From positions 186,001 to 250,000 of the forward strand of contig OZ037766.1 of assembly GCA_964035545.1 (NCBI GenBank): a DNA stretch of 64,000 nt, read 5' to 3'. Source of the stretch: Bugula neritina. Its lineage: Eukaryota; Animalia; Bryozoa. Position numbers and translations under genes: made by a program. Each line of letters starts with the position of its first letter. Positions within the stretch are counted from its first letter, which is position 1. The notes below the pieces were generated by a model. That model ran no database searches and was not told where the DNA came from. It saw nothing but the letters and a program-made list of their open reading frames with translations. This document shows positions 61,253 to 64,000 of the stretch, one piece after another.

Positions 61253-63702
61253 TTAGTATTTTATTGTGTATCTCCTCAGTCCATCATCTCTACATGCTAG
61301 AAACACCTTGTCTCTGTTATACACAGCAATGTCACACACCCTGTCACTCACACCAAGACTTTCTCTGGGAATTCTTACCATCAGTTCACCTGCAAATAGA
61401 ATAACACCAGATTGTATCAGTTTGAGACAAACAGACAGACTACAGTGACATCACAACAGCTGACACAACTACATACGGTTTCTACTTTCTAGTATAATAT
61501 AGTAACTGAAATATGTTCAATAATATACCTGCAGCTGCACTTCTACCAGTCAGTATTGAATAATTCACTGAGCTGCTCTACACTTTACTTCATAATAAAT
61601 GACAACATGGAGAGAAGAAACTCAACATACAAACTTAGTGCTCAGCTAATATAATTATAAATAATTACATAATATAAGATATACTCCAACATTATCACAT
61701 ATTAAATACTTGACAAGAACCAACCACAGCCACCTGAGTCCCACCAGCAAACACTGCTCTACCAGCCATCATCAAATTACAATAGTCTCAGTAATGGCAG
61801 TCAAAAAGTATCAAATAATTTATCTTTAAATTATCTGATGACCAAAACAATAGCAGCACTAGACTGAAGTCAAACTACAACTCATAACTCATGTGTAGCT
61901 GGCAGTCTGTACAGTTGTTAGACTGAGCACCTCTAAAATTACTGTAAAACACTTCCATGAAATACTATTTATTATAAATTAGCCTCAGAACCAAGTATTT
62001 ACTAACAATATCATAACATAGCCTGTGATATTACTAGAATAAACTATCACAAAATTGCAATAAAGCAGGGGTGTCTAACCATTTCAGAGAGAGGACCACT
62101 GAAATGGAATATTCCAGTAGGGGGAGCCATTGTAAACTTTAACTTTATTCCAAATTCCTATGACTCATTACACAATGAAGTCCTAATAGTTACTGCAGGC
62201 TGAATGTATGTAGTATGTGTATAAATAAGGCATTTAAAAGGTTGCTTTTTCTACTCTAATTCATATACATGTGTAAAACAATGTTATGTGGGGTATACCT
62301 TTGAGGGCCACATAAATGTATACTGGGGGTCACAACCAGCCCTGGGGCCGCCTGTTGAACAGCCCTGTATTAGAGTAACTAAACTTACTATAATAAACAG
62401 AGTATTTACCTTCAAGTGAGAGGATGAGGAGAGGTCCTCTCTCTGTACAGATGTGAATCAGTTCAGATGTTGGATCAAAGGAAATACCAATTGGTTCTGA
62501 GATGTGAGGGAATTCCCACATCAGAGAGAGAGTTGTGTTCTCCACTTTATATCTTCTCACTTTACCATCTTCAGTGTAGTCTCCTATGAGGAGAGTTGAA
62601 TCTGGGAGGATGCATACAGGACGAGGGAACTTCATCTCAGGAAGTGGGAACTTCTGTGTTTTATTGTCAACTAGATTACAGACTACCAGCTGTTTCTCTC
62701 TCCTGTCTACAATATACACTAGAGAGAGGTGCTGAGCTATTCTATAGGCTGTGAGTTTATCTACTGGATGTTTGTAAATAGAGCGAGACTTCTTAAAAGA
62801 GTTCGGATCAAGAAGTGCGACTTTAGCTGATTTCTCCTTCTTGTTATAACAGCTGGCAACCATCACCCCTTCAGGTTGGATTATCTCCCCCCACACTGTA
62901 GTGTTGGTGTCCTTCACTGAGCTGATAGTATCCAGAGTGTGTCTATTTATTACTTCTACACCTTCTGGTGTCCAACACATGAGATGTCCATCAGCTGAGA
63001 TGTTTACTCTGTAATACCTTCCACGTACAGGAAGTCCATCAGACTGTAGAGAAGCTGGTGGCTGCAGCAGCTTCAGTCCCAGACTGTCTTCACTGTCTGC
63101 AACAACAAAATAACAATTCTATAACTTGAGAATCTCATCACCTGCACAGGTAGAGAGTGTTTTGTTAATACTGACAGCAGGTAGTCAGCATTACACAGTT
63201 TAGCAGCTCACTTATACATCATAAACTCTGAAACACTGCAGAAATGTCTCATAATGTGAGAGTAGAAATAACAAAACTCAATCCTCTAATAAATGTCAAA
63301 ATGAAACGCAGCAACATTTCTAAATATCTGAGACTTTAAAAAAAATTAACGAATGAAATTCAATTGATTTACAAGCAGAAAGTTATTTATAGTTAGTGTT
63401 ACTATTTATAGACTCCACCTACATGTTGGTACCAAGATGCTGTCAGGAAGTACACACTTCTCTATTACACCAATATCTGTAGCCTTTTCCATCTCCTCAC
63501 TCATCTCTTTGTAGTCTCTCACAATCCCTGCATCATTGAACTTATCAACTGCATGTTGTACTCTGTCCACCAGAGACTGTCTGCCTATTGTCTTACTCAA
63601 GGCCAGCTCTATTCTATAATTATCCACTATCTGTGTGCAGCTTTTCAAATATCCATATATTTCTAGCCTCAGGTTTGTAGCTCTCTTTCTAATCTCTTCT
63701 AT
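61253..63702 (-). CDS. TRIM-like paralog, 3' part (coiled coil + NHL-like beta-propeller); 5' exons beyond the window
   Basis: Exons 63423-63702, 62410-63096, 61253-61389. Same intron positions and phases as the 43073-48341 gene; similar segments VYIVDRREKQLVV, ILPDSTLLIGDY, SFDPTSELIHI, LILSLEG|. Confidence 0.85.
62066..62367. mobile_element. hAT (Charlie-type) non-autonomous element / MITE
   Basis: Imperfect TIRs CAGGGGTGTCTAAC ... GTTGAACAGCCCTG, subterminal GGGCC motifs, degenerate 8-bp flanks CAATAAAG / TATTAGAG with central TA. Confidence 0.6.
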
Positions 63703-64000
63703 CTAATAAATAGTAACACATTATAACCACATCTGCACCTCACAACCTCTACACTTGACATGAGAGTGACAGCTGACAGACCACCCACTGAGTAGACACA
63801 CAGTGACTCAGTCATGTGACACTCTATACACAGTAGACTGCTAGTACATCATGTGACTAGTCTCCTCCTTCTAACAAATCAAGTAGTATACTGAAAGTAT
63901 TGTCTTCAAATAAAAATTAAATAGCCCGAGAGTTTGTGTGGAAAATAGACTGTGCAAAGAAACGTAAATCGTAAACTTCACGTCAGCATACCTGAGCATC

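Noticed and set aside
1-64000. General rule that arrays are G-poor on the sense strand
   Set aside because: Holds for 6004-8445, 23905-24818 and 27163-28832 but not for 52790-53445, 11092-11556 or 3516-3705.

Overview
Eukaryotic (animal, probably invertebrate; inference) genomic DNA with seven intron-containing protein-coding genes, which I assembled by hand from GT-AG boundaries and reading-frame continuity. In order: 3' part of adenylate kinase 8 (+, 335-4526); ANKRD54-like ankyrin protein (-, 5856-11777); OSBPL5/8 lipid-transfer protein (+, 23001-34963, 5' end uncertain); COUP-TF/NR2F nuclear receptor (-, 36092-40344); RING-B-box-B-box-coiled-coil-beta-propeller TRIM-like gene (+, 43073-48341); RCC1-repeat protein with a Ser-rich tail (-, 49273-57731); and the 3' part of a TRIM-like paralog (-, 61253-63702). 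Two MITE-like elements are present. I found no supportable RNA genes or CRISPR arrays. Most long ORFs in the track are artefacts of tandem repeats. The dominant oddity is roughly 50-60 mutually unrelated mini/microsatellites. Most longer introns carry a private array, often starting or ending at a splice site. Several arrays amplify the splice site itself (31 copies of an OSBPL8 donor). Others amplify transcription-factor-like motifs (14 RFX X-box units in the ciliary gene AK8; arrays of AGGTCA half-sites, D-boxes and M-boxes). This is my best candidate for an undescribed phenomenon. The arrays are seen directly in the sequence; any function is inference. Other points: a GT-CG (AG-less) acceptor in the TRIM gene exposed by its paralog, a recursive-splice-type exon, triple GTAAGT donors in NR2F, a candidate 9-nt microexon and tandem CTCF-like sites.
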